Assembly (NCBI GenBank): GCA_977020255.1
Contig: CDROCS010002866.1
Span: forward strand, 124,001 to 188,000
Direction of reading: 5' to 3'
Length of the DNA: 64,000 nucleotides
Source: Obrimoposthia wandeli
Taxonomy: Eukaryota
Made by a program: the position numbers and the translations under genes. How positions within the stretch are numbered: the stretch's first letter is position 1; every line of letters begins with the position of its first letter. The notes beneath the pieces are model-generated. The model made no database searches. It was not told the origin of the DNA and worked only from the letters and a program-made list of their open reading frames with translations. Below, in pieces: positions 10,987 to 21,746 of this stretch.

Positions 10987-11475
10987 TTGGGTATAATTAA
11001 GAATATGCGCACAGTAAATTTTAAAGCTTTCATTAACCTTGCGTTAACCCTGCTTTTAGCGCTATTACTAACGGCTATTTGGTGGTTTACCAACCAAACA
11101 AACCTTGATCGGTCTTCACCGCAAGGTTTAGGCACCATCTCTTGTAATTTTTATAATAAAGCTTGCCTATTTAGAGATAAGAATAAAAAGATACATTTAA
11201 CGGTATCAAACAATGTCATCCAATCATTTGAACCGCTAACCTTTAACCTCGAACTTAATGGCTATAAGCCTGAAGTTGTAACCATCGATTTCCAAGGAGT
11301 TGAAATGTTTATGGGAGCTAATTTTATAAACCTAGAAAAAAAATCAGATAGCCTGTTCTTTGGCACCCACACTTTAGCTGGGCACGCCGGAATGTCAATG
11401 ACTTGGCGGGCAGTGGTTAAATTCACGCAAAAAGATCAAACCGAAACAGTAGCATTTGAATTCGAACTAGAGTAG
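10987..11475 (+). CDS. Hypothetical membrane-anchored periplasmic protein, possible YtkA/FixH-like Ig fold
   Basis: N-terminal TM helix, CNFYNKAC, G..M.MG and M.W motifs. Confidence 0.5.
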   Translation: MGIIKNMRTVNFKAFINLALTLLLALLLTAIWWFTNQTNLDRSSPQGLGTISCNFYNKACLFRDKNKKIHLTVSNNVIQSFEPLTFNLELNGYKPEVVTIDFQGVEMFMGANFINLEKKSDSLFFGTHTLAGHAGMSMTWRAVVKFTQKDQTETVAFEFELE

Positions 11476-11697
11476 TACTGCCTATTTACCGTGAAAAGCA
11501 AGGTTGTTAGTGCTCTATCTTAACCTTTATTTTATAGATTAAGATAGCTTGCGCTTACTGCATAAATACTACTATTTTACAGTTACTCACAATAACCCAC
11601 CAACCCCCTACTTTTAGAACCATCTTAGTCGCTAAGAGAAAGGTACTTTTTTTGTAAACATGTGATTATTCGCTGATATTCGAACAGGTTAATAATT

Positions 11698-13083
11698 ATG
11701 AACATAAGTATCTTTGATTTATTTAAAATCGGCATTGGGCCTTCAAGTTCACATACCGTGGGCCCAATGATCGGCGCTAAAAACTTTATTGCAGCACTAC
11801 AAACACGCAACGAATTACATAAAACCAGTAATTTGCGCATTGAATTATTCGGATCATTAGGGGCAACAGGAAAAGGCCACGGTACCGGCCCTGCGGTTAT
11901 ACTCGGTTTAGAAGGGAATAGCCCTGCCACTATTGACCCTAATTATATGCCTATTCGATTACGCGAAATTGAAGACAGTGGCTTGTTACAATTAAGCGAC
12001 CAATGTGCTATTGAGTTCGATCAACAAACCGATTTACATTACATCTATCAAGCACTACCTGAACACCCAAACGGCATGCGTATTACCGCTCGTGATACAC
12101 AAGGTATTATTTTATATACCCAGGAGTACTTTTCTGTTGGCGGTGGTTTTATTTTAGATAAAGATGCATTTCATAATGCTGAAAGTACGACTACGACTGA
12201 TGATATAGCCAAAGTCCCTTACCCATTTAATACCATGGCGCAACTATTAAATATTTGCAAAGATCACAACATGTCAATTCATCAGGTCATGATGGCCAAT
12301 GAGTGCCATTATCGCCCAGCTAGCGAAACACGTGCAGGCTTATTAGAAATATGGCAGGCCATGCAAAGTTGCGTTGAGAGAGGCTATCATCAAGAGGGCA
12401 TACTCCCTGGTGGTTTAGAAGTAAGAAGAAGAGCTCCTGCACTATACAAAAAACTCACATCAAGACCAGAAGAAGCCCTTAGAGATCCTTTAGCAGCACT
12501 GGATTGGGTTAATTTATATGCATTGGCAGTTAATGAAGAAAACGCAGCAGGTAGCAAAGTAGTGACGGCACCAACTAATGGTGCCGCTGGTATTATACCC
12601 GCTGTATTACATTATTATACGCGTTTTTACTTTTCAGGCAGCGACACTGGCGTCGTTAAATTTTTACTAACCGCCGCTGCCATTGGCATGCTATGCAAGC
12701 ATAATGCATCCATTTCAGGGGCTGAGGTAGGTTGTCAAGGCGAAGTTGGTTCCGCTTGTGCAATGGCAGCTGCTGGCCTCGCCGCAGTTACAGGCGGTAC
12801 TCCTGAGCAGATTGAAAATGCAGCTGAAATAGCGATGGAACACAACCTAGGGCTTACTTGCGATCCCATTGCAGGTTTAGTGCAAATTCCGTGTATTGAG
12901 CGCAATGCGATTGCCGCCGTAAAAGCGATCAATGCCAGCCGCATGGCCCTTAACGAAGATGGCCAGCATTTTGTTAGTTTAGATAAAGTAATTAAAACTA
13001 TGCGCGATACAGGTGCTGACATGCAAAGCAAATACAAAGAAACATCTTTAGGCGGGCTCGCAGTTAACTTCACTGAATGCTAA
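11698..13083 (+). CDS. sdaA: L-serine ammonia-lyase (Fe-S dependent)
   Basis: [30 protein letters not shown] and GLTCDP...QIPCIERN. Confidence 0.97.
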   Translation: MNISIFDLFKIGIGPSSSHTVGPMIGAKNFIAALQTRNELHKTSNLRIELFGSLGATGKGHGTGPAVILGLEGNSPATIDPNYMPIRLREIEDSGLLQLSDQCAIEFDQQTDLHYIYQALPEHPNGMRITARDTQGIILYTQEYFSVGGGFILDKDAFHNAESTTTTDDIAKVPYPFNTMAQLLNICKDHNMSIHQVMMANECHYRPASETRAGLLEIWQAMQSCVERGYHQEGILPGGLEVRRRAPALYKKLTSRPEEALRDPLAALDWVNLYALAVNEENAAGSKVVTAPTNGAAGIIPAVLHYYTRFYFSGSDTGVVKFLLTAAAIGMLCKHNASISGAEVGCQGEVGSACAMAAAGLAAVTGGTPEQIENAAEIAMEHNLGLTCDPIAGLVQIPCIERNAIAAVKAINASRMALNEDGQHFVSLDKVIKTMRDTGADMQSKYKETSLGGLAVNFTEC

Positions 13084-13391
13084 AGACAAAAGTAAATAAA
13101 GCGATAAGCATTAATAATGGCAGCTAGTACTAATACAAAAGCACCATAGTAAAGCAAAGGCTTTATTTGCAATAATATGGCTATTAGAAACAATTTCTGT
13201 GCAATAGTTGCTACATTTTAGCACCAAGCAAAGCAAATTTATTAGAGCTTTTAGATTAAACACAATTGCTTCTTCTATAAGCTTAAAAAATATATTTGAT
13301 CATTACTTTCTATGGTAATCTCGACAATATTTAAGCATACGATGATATGCGATAATGATAGAAAGAAGACAGATAATAATTAGAGGTAGAC

Positions 13392-15035
13392 ATGACAGAA
13401 CGTGAATCAATGGATTTTGATGTTGTAATTGTTGGCGCGGGCCCTGCGGGGCTATCCACCGCTTGTCGATTAATGCAGCAAGCAAATGAAAACGGCAATG
13501 AGTTAACCGTTTGTGTAGTAGAAAAAGGCTCTGAAGTAGGAGCACATATTTTATCCGGTGCTGTCGTTGAGCCACGTGCTTTAAACGAACTTTTTCCAGA
13601 CTGGCAAGCACAAGGCGCTCCGCTTAACACTGCCGTTACTGAGGATCAGATTTTTTTATTAAAAAATGCGCAAAAAGCGATTAAAGTTCCTAATTTTCTA
13701 GTGCCAAAACCAATGCACAATGAAGGTAATTATATTGCCAGTGTTGGGAATCTGTCACGCTGGCTAGCCGAACAGGCCGAGCAATTAGGCGTTGAAATAT
13801 TCCCGGGCTTCCCTGCCTCGCATATTATTTATAACGATGACGGCGCTGTTGCTGGAATAGGCACTGGCGATATGGGATTAGATGAAGCTGGCGAGCAAAA
13901 AGATAGCTATATGCAAGGCATGGATTTACTCGCTAAGTACACTGTTTTCACTGAAGGTTGTCGTGGTCATTTAGGCAAGGAGTTAATTCAAAAATTCCAG
14001 CTTGATAAAGATAGCGATGCCCAACATTATGGCATTGGTATAAAAGAGCTATGGGATATTGATCCTGCCAAGCATCAGCCCGGTTTAGTAGTACATGGCG
14101 CGGGCTGGCCTTTAGACAAAGCCAGTGGTGGATTCTTTCTCTACCATTTAGAAAACAATCAAGCAGTGGTCGGCCTAATTACCGACTTAAGCTACAGCAA
14201 CCCTTACCTTAGCCCGTTCCACGAATTTCAACGCTTAAAGCATCACCCACAGCTCGCACAATATTTAACCGGAGGAAAACGTGTCTCTTATGGCGCAAGA
14301 GCCATCACTAAAGGCGGCTTTAACTCTCTTCCTAAAATGACAATGCCTGGTGCCTTACTCTTAGGCTGTGATGCTGGGACCTTAAACTTTTCCAAGATCA
14401 AAGGCACACATACAGCAATGAAGTCAGGCATGATTGCTGCTGAAACTATCACAAGCGCTTTAACCGCGGGCGATACTGGTGCCAGTGATTTACAACAATT
14501 TGCTGATAACTTTAAAAACTCTTGGGTTTATGAAGAGTTATATCGCAGCCGTAACTTTGGCCCTGCGTTACACAAGTTTGGCACTTTAATTGGCGGTGGT
14601 TTCAACTTTGTTGATCAGAATATATTTCCAATTCCTGTCACCTTGCATGACAATAAAGCCGACCATGCACAATTAAAACTCGCTAGCGAATGCCCAGAAA
14701 TTAGCTATCCTAAACCTGATGGCGTATTAAGCTTTGACAAACCTTCTTCCGTTTTTCTATCCAATACGAACCACGAAGAAAACCAGCTATGCCACTTAAA
14801 GCTTACTGACATCAGCATTCCATTAGGGAGTAATTTAGCTAAATACGCCGAACCTGCACAGCGCTATTGCCCAGCCGGCGTATATGAAATAATAGAGCAG
14901 GAAGGCGAAAAAGTTTTTCAAATAAATTCGCAAAACTGCGTACACTGTAAAACGTGCGATATTAAGGACCCCGCACAAAATATCACTTGGGTGACACCTG
15001 AAGGTGGCGGCGGCCCAAACTATCCTAATATGTAA
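13392..15035 (+). CDS. Electron transfer flavoprotein-ubiquinone oxidoreductase
   Basis: DVVIVGAGPAG, EKGSEVGAHILSG, KIKGTHTAMKSG and C-terminal CPAGVYE...QNCVHCKTCDIKDP. Confidence 0.97.
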   Translation: MTERESMDFDVVIVGAGPAGLSTACRLMQQANENGNELTVCVVEKGSEVGAHILSGAVVEPRALNELFPDWQAQGAPLNTAVTEDQIFLLKNAQKAIKVPNFLVPKPMHNEGNYIASVGNLSRWLAEQAEQLGVEIFPGFPASHIIYNDDGAVAGIGTGDMGLDEAGEQKDSYMQGMDLLAKYTVFTEGCRGHLGKELIQKFQLDKDSDAQHYGIGIKELWDIDPAKHQPGLVVHGAGWPLDKASGGFFLYHLENNQAVVGLITDLSYSNPYLSPFHEFQRLKHHPQLAQYLTGGKRVSYGARAITKGGFNSLPKMTMPGALLLGCDAGTLNFSKIKGTHTAMKSGMIAAETITSALTAGDTGASDLQQFADNFKNSWVYEELYRSRNFGPALHKFGTLIGGGFNFVDQNIFPIPVTLHDNKADHAQLKLASECPEISYPKPDGVLSFDKPSSVFLSNTNHEENQLCHLKLTDISIPLGSNLAKYAEPAQRYCPAGVYEIIEQEGEKVFQINSQNCVHCKTCDIKDPAQNITWVTPEGGGGPNYPNM

Positions 15036-15077
15036 TTATTAGAGATCTATATGATCAATAACAGCTAACTACTACTG

Positions 15078-15482
15078 TTATTGATCATAAAAAATCATAT
15101 CGTCAGTTATTTTTTCTTTCATTTTAGCTATTCTAGAAACCAAATTACCCGCATGGATTTCCAATTTATTCCCATCGGGATCTAATAAATACAACGAACA
15201 CCCTTCGCTTTTATTTTCTTTCCACACATCCACACCACTTGCCAGCAACCGCTCACTAAAACTGACAAAATCCTGCTCATCAATATCAAACGCGATATGG
15301 CTATAATCTTTACTAGGCTTAACAATATCAACGCTTAGACACAGCCATAACTCCCCGACCGTTAAATATGCACCTTTTACCCAACGCACTTTCAACTGCA
15401 TTGCTAATTGCTGCTGGTAAAAAGTGATGGCACGATCCAAATCACTAACCGCGATTGTAAGGTGATTTATACCTTTTAACAT
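15078..15482 (-). CDS. FosA-family fosfomycin-resistance glutathione transferase (VOC fold)
   Basis: INHLTIAV, YSHIAF and WKENKSEG.S.Y.LDPDGNKLEIH...SR match the FosA metal and K+ motifs. Confidence 0.8.
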   Translation of the reverse strand: MLKGINHLTIAVSDLDRAITFYQQQLAMQLKVRWVKGAYLTVGELWLCLSVDIVKPSKDYSHIAFDIDEQDFVSFSERLLASGVDVWKENKSEGCSLYLLDPDGNKLEIHAGNLVSRIAKMKEKITDDMIFYDQ

Positions 15483-15579
15483 TTAAATCCTTAAATGATG
15501 ATTTTGGTTTTATAGATTAGCGCTTAACCTTAGCTTTGAAGCTATCAGGCCGAGTCATTAGGCCCCCAAAAAGTTTAAA

Positions 15580-16941
15580 TTAAGGTAAATCAAACGCTGG
15601 AGCCAAGATTCTAACCAAATGGCTTACACTTTTTTGCCTGCTAAGTTTGTCTAAAGCGTTATAAATATCTTTTCGCTGCTGCTTTTGTAATTGCTCTAAT
15701 ACTAGCCCGACTTGCTGCTCGCAGACCACTAAATCTTCGCGCAATGCATGATTTCGGCTGCGCAACACTTTGTAAACATACAAAAATCTAGCTAGAACGA
15801 CATAGGGAAAATTTTTATTCCTAATAGGACCTTGGCGCGCTTCAAACCCACCTAAAGGAATCCCTTTTAATTTTATATCTGCTAATTTATCTGCTCCAAA
15901 CCAAGCGGCAGTAGACCCTAACACTGCGCCCGATAGCGCACCTAACATAAAAGTTTGCCCTGCTACTGCTAGATCCACAGCGCCACCGGTTGTTGCCCCT
16001 GCAATGGCAGCTACTTTGGCAAGTTGCGATCTATCTAATCCCCAAGCGTACCAATGCTCAGTATCAAACAGATCATTAGGTAATGCTAACTCTGGCCCTT
16101 TACGCTGTAATTGATGATGACGATACAACATTTGCAAAGCATCATGCGCTTGTGATTCACGCTGTCGCATCCAGTGGTAATAACGTTTTTCAAGTAGCAG
16201 CTGCATTTTCTCGCCCTGCTGTTTATTTAATGCTTTGTGCTGTAATTGATAACCCGTTAAATCTTCTAGCAACTGCGCGGCAATAGCGCAACTTTGTACT
16301 TTTTGTGCTTCAACTTTATCTTTAAATGCAGCAATGATGTTATTCAATGAAGCCGCCCAGGGCAAATGCAACTGGGTAAAAGCTTCTAGCAGATCCAAAT
16401 GTTGTTGCAAATCTGCCTGTATCGCATCAAACACCCTGACCAAACTAAAGTATTGTTGCAATGCTTGTTGCCAATCTTGTACGTAAGCAGTACTTTCGAT
16501 GGGGTTAATCAAGGCCATACTTGGCTGACCGGTCCAACGTAGTATTTCCATTTCCGCTTCATAATCAGCACTATAAGGCCGAGACCCATCCACAACATAT
16601 AAAATTGCAGCACCCGCCATAATAGGCTTTAGCAATTCAATTTCATCTTTATAAAGCTGCTGGCATTGCGGATCTAATAAAAACTCCCCTACTCTATGGG
16701 CACGCTTATTAGCAGCCGGCTGGGTACTTTGCAGCCAAGCTAAAACCTTTCTAGGCCTTTGAAAACCTGGCGTATCAATTAATTGATAGCTCTGCTGCCC
16801 CAAGCCAATTTCATAAGTATTAGCCGCTGTAGTAGTACCACTGCGCATCGAAACAGCAACGCGATCATCTCGAGCGAGGGTTGATACAACAGATGATTTA
16901 CCTTTATTAGGATGCCCTACTACTGCAAAAGCCGGTATCAT
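15580..16941 (-). CDS. GTPase with DUF3482-type C-terminal membrane region
   Basis: G1 GHPNKGKSS, SGTT and G3 DTPG; glycine-rich hydrophobic C-terminal helices. ATG 16941 overlaps the upstream TGA (ATGA). Confidence 0.85.
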   Translation of the reverse strand: MIPAFAVVGHPNKGKSSVVSTLARDDRVAVSMRSGTTTAANTYEIGLGQQSYQLIDTPGFQRPRKVLAWLQSTQPAANKRAHRVGEFLLDPQCQQLYKDEIELLKPIMAGAAILYVVDGSRPYSADYEAEMEILRWTGQPSMALINPIESTAYVQDWQQALQQYFSLVRVFDAIQADLQQHLDLLEAFTQLHLPWAASLNNIIAAFKDKVEAQKVQSCAIAAQLLEDLTGYQLQHKALNKQQGEKMQLLLEKRYYHWMRQRESQAHDALQMLYRHHQLQRKGPELALPNDLFDTEHWYAWGLDRSQLAKVAAIAGATTGGAVDLAVAGQTFMLGALSGAVLGSTAAWFGADKLADIKLKGIPLGGFEARQGPIRNKNFPYVVLARFLYVYKVLRSRNHALREDLVVCEQQVGLVLEQLQKQQRKDIYNALDKLSRQKSVSHLVRILAPAFDLP

Positions 16942-18065
16942 AATGCAACTCCTAATTGCTGCAACTGCCAGCCCGATAAGGGATAGCAAAAGCGGCGCCA
17001 TTCATCTAAATGTAAATCGCTAATTGTTTCAAACTGCTCACCCTGCCAATCTAAAGGCATGATGATACCGCTTGTTTGTTGCATAAAATCTTCAAGCTCA
17101 CCCATAGGAGGCTCCCAAGCGGCAACAATAAGTAGCTTCTTTCGTTTATCGTCTAGAGCTTGCTGCTCACTTTCTAAGCTTGCATGCGCCCCTATCTGAT
17201 AAACAGTGATAGGCACACCTAGCACAGCTGTTAATTTTTTTAGCAATACTTCTGGTAGCTGTACCCAACTTAAAAGCACGTAATCTCCTAAATGATGATC
17301 ATTACTAATCACTTGTGTCAATGGCACTTTTGTATTTTTTGCGATGTCTTGCATTAACAAATCAGCACAAACATCAGCTTTAGTTAACGGTTGTGTGCCT
17401 TTAAGCATCTCTCGCTGAAGCTTTGCCAGCTTCTTTGCTCCCCATACATACAAAATAATCCTTGGAGTAATGGCATAACACAACTGCGCCCAAAAAACAT
17501 AACGCCACCAAATACCAGTATTCGTTAGCTTTGGGTTTAAACTTAAACGAGAATCTTGAGAGATTTCAACCATGGCTAATAGTGGCTGAGCTTGATCGAT
17601 AAAAAACCAAGGCTTTGCCAGCCAACTAAGTAATGGATAGACTTGCTGAGCTTGTAACAAAGTACTGCGCCAGACAAAAGTAACGTCATTAAACAATAAG
17701 ACAAAGATAAACGATAAGATACAGCCGGCGCTAAACACGAGTGCCAACTTTTGACTTTGAGTAAAAACCCATAAAGTCAGCAAGCCTTGTCGTTTAAGAG
17801 CATTTAAGCTTAGCAGCCAAGACCTCGGCCAAACGGGTATTGTCAGCAGCCATACAACTAATCCTTTTTCGCTTTTCCTCCAATATAAAAACAATGCGAG
17901 TATCAGTGATAAGACAGGCCAAGCTACAAACAGCAGCAAAAGATACAACAAATTCACGCGGCCAAATTGATCGCCCCCGATCAACAGCGCACTGGAAAAA
18001 ATTGCAGCACAAAAAACCAGTGCGGCCAAGCCATTACTAATAGGCCGGTTTTGCTCTGTAGACAC
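16938..18065 (-). CDS. DUF2868-type membrane protein
   Basis: Several TM helices; F.WRSTLL, W.......YAITPR and EPPMGEL motifs; translationally coupled to the GTPase. Confidence 0.75.
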   Translation of the reverse strand: MSTEQNRPISNGLAALVFCAAIFSSALLIGGDQFGRVNLLYLLLLFVAWPVLSLILALFLYWRKSEKGLVVWLLTIPVWPRSWLLSLNALKRQGLLTLWVFTQSQKLALVFSAGCILSFIFVLLFNDVTFVWRSTLLQAQQVYPLLSWLAKPWFFIDQAQPLLAMVEISQDSRLSLNPKLTNTGIWWRYVFWAQLCYAITPRIILYVWGAKKLAKLQREMLKGTQPLTKADVCADLLMQDIAKNTKVPLTQVISNDHHLGDYVLLSWVQLPEVLLKKLTAVLGVPITVYQIGAHASLESEQQALDDKRKKLLIVAAWEPPMGELEDFMQQTSGIIMPLDWQGEQFETISDLHLDEWRRFCYPLSGWQLQQLGVAL

Positions 18066-18173
18066 TCACACCTCTCTAATTCAGTATTTATATTATGCGC
18101 TGATAATAACAGAGTACTGTACGAGGGCGAATTAACATTTAAATGAAAAACTAATCAGTAGTTTCTAGCAGAC

Positions 18174-18208
18174 AAAAAAAAAGGCAAATCTAAGAATAGA
18201 TTCGCCCT
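18174..18208 (-). terminator. Rho-independent terminator of the cold-shock gene
   Basis: Minus strand: ggcgaatcta-ttct-tagatttgcc followed by a T9 run. Confidence 0.85.
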
Positions 18209-18283
18209 TCATTTATTGCAAAGCCTTAGGCCTTGCTACAGTAAATTTATATACACATATTTATTTACTGTTATAGCAACTAA

Positions 18284-18490
18284 TTAAAGTGCTACGATGT
18301 TCTCAGCTTGTGGGCCTTTCTGGCCTTGAGAAACACTGAACTCAACACGCTGACCTTCAGCAAGAGTCTTGAAGCCATCGCCTGCAATTGCAGAGAAATG
18401 TGCGAAAACATCTGGACCTGATTCTTGCTCGATAAAACCAAAACCTTTAGTTTCGTTGAACCACTTAACTGTACCAGTAACTGTAGACAT
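18284..18490 (-). CDS. cspA: Cold-shock protein
   Basis: GTVKWFN.TKGFGFI (RNP1), VFAHFSAI (RNP2) and [10 protein letters not shown]. Confidence 0.97.
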   Translation of the reverse strand: MSTVTGTVKWFNETKGFGFIEQESGPDVFAHFSAIAGDGFKTLAEGQRVEFSVSQGQKGPQAENIVAL

Positions 18491-18641
18491 AATAATATCC
18501 TGTATTTAAAATTTAAATGTGCCATATGGCTTGAGTAGCATAAAAATAGGCTGAAACTTAGAAACTACAAGAACAGGAATTACGAATAAAACTGTGAGTT
18601 GAAGCATGTAAATAAATAGACTTTCTTTCTAGCTGGAAAGC

Positions 18642-18670
18642 ACTATATAGCGAGCAACCTAAGATGTCAA
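18642..18670 (-). promoter_or_regulatory. Sigma70 promoter of the csp gene, implying a ~145-nt 5' UTR
   Basis: Minus strand reads TTGACA-17 bp-TATAGT. Long leaders are typical of cold-induced csp genes. Confidence 0.85.
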
Positions 18671-18726
18671 ATCATATATCAATAACCTTGTTATAAATAG
18701 GTTATTATCGATAGTAAAAAAATTAA

Positions 18727-19248
18727 CTACTGATAAATATCAAGATTTCGCCCTTCATTGTTAAAAGTATCAATAACACATGGCTGCAGGGCCATCGTTT
18801 TTAAATAGCGGCCTAGATTAGGCAAGCTTAAGGGAGCTTGAGTAAATTCAGCAGCCCAGTTAGCCACCATAAACAGATGAAAGCCACAGACACTTAACTT
18901 CTCATCAACTAAGAACGTTTGATCATCTAACTGCTGATCTTACAAAATACACGTTTGTGTAACACGCGCCTCGGACATTTCTGGAATTGAGCCACTTTGC
19001 GGATGCTGATCAATTAAATGCCAACAAATTGCGGCACTTTCAAAGACACCTAGCGAGCTTACTTGCTGCGTTATACTAGTATCAATCAGCGTAGATATTC
19101 TCCCAGTAGGATTGAGTATTAGGTATTGCGGTGACTTTTGGGCATTACTACTTCTATCAACCAATATTAGTTCGCAGTGAACGCCAAACGCCCCTAGCAT
19201 CATATGCGGGGCGATACTGGCCTTACCTGGATAATATTAATGGTACAT
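18727..19248 (-). pseudogene. Glutathione S-transferase pseudogene
   Basis: One frame from ATG 19248: MYH*YYPGKASIAPH...LNPTGRI...ESAAI...CIL*DQQLDDQTFLV...PNLGRYL...IYQ*. It has two in-frame TAA codons and a shortened middle. Confidence 0.85.
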
Positions 19249-19331
19249 ACGCTTTTTCTTTCTGAATCGTTTACAAATAGATAGTTAACGATGACCCCAC
19301 TACAAAATAGTAGGCATTAATACGCAGCTGC

Positions 19332-19643
19332 TTATATACTGCCTTGTGATTCAATCACCAGTACTCTTGCCTCACCAATAGGGTGAGCAACATGTTCAGT
19401 ACCTATACTGGCATAAAAGATATCACCGACTTGCAATAAAACTTGCTGCTCAACTCCTTGTTCGCGATAATACATCCTAACTTGCCCACCAAGCACCACA
19501 AAAACCTCTTCTCCATCATTGGTGTGCCACTTATACGGCTGATCAGTCCAATGTAGGTTAGTGGTAATTCCATTCATGGTTGCAATATGTTTCGCACCCC
19601 AAGCTTTTCTCGGTTTAAACTCTGCACTTCTAGTGACTTGCAT
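19332..19643 (-). CDS. Cupin domain protein
   Basis: YKWHTNDGEEVFVV and GTEHVAHP cupin motifs. Confidence 0.85.
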   Translation of the reverse strand: MQVTRSAEFKPRKAWGAKHIATMNGITTNLHWTDQPYKWHTNDGEEVFVVLGGQVRMYYREQGVEQQVLLQVGDIFYASIGTEHVAHPIGEARVLVIESQGSI

Positions 19644-19785
19644 TGCGCTCTCTTCTTATACTCTTTATTTGGACTAACAATCCTTAAAAGTATAGTCATT
19701 TTATATTCTAAAAACAGGGTAATAGTGATCCATAAAAGGTCTGTTTAGGCCATGATCTACATTCAAACCACCATTTATAAGCAAG

Positions 19786-20256
19786 TTACTGCCGAGCTAG
19801 AGCATCTAAAGGCAACTCAGTTGAGCGCTTTACCGCTGTCATTGCGACACTGGTATTGAAAGCTTGCACACCGGGGATTTTAGAGAGCTGATCTCTATAT
19901 AAACGCTCATAACCTGCGATGTCTGTTGTGACTATTCTGAGTAAGAAATCCACATTACCTAACATTACATAACATTCGGTTATTTCGGGAATCCCTTTTA
20001 CTTCACGCTCAAATGCTGCCAGCTCACCGTTCGCAATTAGCTTTACTTGAGCATAAATAACTAAATTTAAACCTAGTTTGGCAGGATCTAAAATTGCGGT
20101 GCGCTTAACTATAATCCCTTCATCTTCTAAGCGCTTTATCCTTCTCCAGCACGGCGGCTGAGAAAGGTTAACCCGCTGGGCAACGTCAGACGCACTTAAG
20201 CTAGCATCTGCTTGCAATAAAGCGAGTATTTTTTGATCTATTTTATCTAATTTCAA
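19786..20256 (-). CDS. bkdR: Lrp/AsnC-family regulator, divergent from the bkd operon
   Basis: LDKID.KIL..LQ.D HTH with RRIKRLE; the divergent position matches Pseudomonas bkdR. Confidence 0.85.
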   Translation of the reverse strand: MKLDKIDQKILALLQADASLSASDVAQRVNLSQPPCWRRIKRLEDEGIIVKRTAILDPAKLGLNLVIYAQVKLIANGELAAFEREVKGIPEITECYVMLGNVDFLLRIVTTDIAGYERLYRDQLSKIPGVQAFNTSVAMTAVKRSTELPLDALARQ

Positions 20257-20489
20257 TGACGCCTTCCCAACTTAAGTTTTAATGGTATATAACTATTTTT
20301 TTGCAATTATAGAATTTAAGTATAAATAATTCAAATAATGAAAAAATCTAGTATTATTTATACATTTTTTTAGATTTACTACTTTATATTTAAATGATTT
20401 TTACTTCACTAAACAGGTATATTTACAGCTATAAAATAAAAGCTAGCAATTGCCTTGATGCTTTAGGCATTGATAAAAAGAGATATATT

Positions 20490-21743
20490 ATGAAAAATAA
20501 CATTAAAGCAAATACCACCCCTTATACATCGAAGCTGTTTGTGCCAAAAGCATCTTCGCGACCAGAAACAACTCCGGACTTTTCTCATATTTCTCTCCCC
20601 GACCCTAGCGCAAGCTTTAAACCAGACGTTCTAAGTGATGCAACTGATATGCAAGACTTAGCTTATGGGCTAGTAAGAGTTTTAGGGGATGATCATGTAG
20701 CTGCAGGCCCTTGGCTTAGTGACTTAACCGTAGATAATTTATTGCTAGGCCTTAAGAAGATGATGCATGTGCGCGCTTTTGATGAACGTATGTTCAAAAT
20801 GCAGCGCCAGGGAAAACTGTCTTTTTATGTCAAATCAACCGGCGAAGAAGCCGTTTCCATTGCACAGGGCATGGCGCTTAAGAATAGCGATATGCTGTTT
20901 CCGAGTTATCGTCAACAAGGTTTACTCTTTGCACGTGAACACAATGTAGTCGACATGATGTGCCAGTGCCTTTCTAATGCAAAAGACAACCTTAAAGGCC
21001 GGCAAATGCCGATCATGTATAGCGCCAAAAAACATAACTTTTTTTCTATCTCTGGCAATTTAGCAACACAGTACTCGCAGGCAGTTGGTTGGGCAATGGC
21101 TTCAGCTTACAAAGGAGAAGATAACATCGCAGCCTCTTGGGTAGGCGATGGCACAACAGCCGCAGCTGATGTGTACCACGCACTTGTTTTTAGCTCAACC
21201 TACAAAGCCCCCGTTATACTCAACGTGGTAAACAATCAATGGGCCATTTCAACCCCACAATCTTTCGCGAGTACTGGCACCACCTTTGCTGCGCGTAGTA
21301 TTGGCTTTAGCATTCCCGGTATCAGAGTCGATGGGAATGATTTTTTAGCGGTTTATGCCGTCACTCAATGGGCAGCAGAGCGGGCACGTAAAGGCGGCGG
21401 TCCTACCTTTATTGAGCTTTATACCTATCGCACAGAAGGCCATTCAACCAGCGATAATCCAGATGCTTATCGCGGCAAAGATGAAGCCAAACACTGGCCA
21501 TTAGGCGATCCTATTGAGCGCTTAAAGAATCATTTAATCGCTATCGGTGAATGGGATGAAGAGCAGCACAACGCACTGGCACAATCATTAGAGCAAAGCA
21601 TTACCCGTGACTGGAAAGAAGCGTTAGCACAAGGTTCTCTTGACAACGGCCCTCACTGGCCTGTGACATCTATGTTTGATGATGTATTTGAACAAACACC
21701 CCCGCATTTAATCAACCAAAGTCAACAGATAGAGGAGGCATAA
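20490..21743 (+). CDS. bkdA1: Branched-chain alpha-keto acid dehydrogenase E1 alpha
   Basis: RQGKLSFY, GRQMPIMYS, GDGTT...NNQWAIS TPP motif and GHSTSDNP. ATG 20490 follows a purine-rich RBS-like stretch. Confidence 0.95.
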   Translation: MKNNIKANTTPYTSKLFVPKASSRPETTPDFSHISLPDPSASFKPDVLSDATDMQDLAYGLVRVLGDDHVAAGPWLSDLTVDNLLLGLKKMMHVRAFDERMFKMQRQGKLSFYVKSTGEEAVSIAQGMALKNSDMLFPSYRQQGLLFAREHNVVDMMCQCLSNAKDNLKGRQMPIMYSAKKHNFFSISGNLATQYSQAVGWAMASAYKGEDNIAASWVGDGTTAAADVYHALVFSSTYKAPVILNVVNNQWAISTPQSFASTGTTFAARSIGFSIPGIRVDGNDFLAVYAVTQWAAERARKGGGPTFIELYTYRTEGHSTSDNPDAYRGKDEAKHWPLGDPIERLKNHLIAIGEWDEEQHNALAQSLEQSITRDWKEALAQGSLDNGPHWPVTSMFDDVFEQTPPHLINQSQQIEEA

Positions 21744-21746
21744 CTC

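Noticed and set aside
11476-11697. Possible glycine riboswitch upstream of sdaA
   Set aside because: No GGAGA/CCGAAG/CUCUCAGG elements; only one AT-rich hairpin is present.
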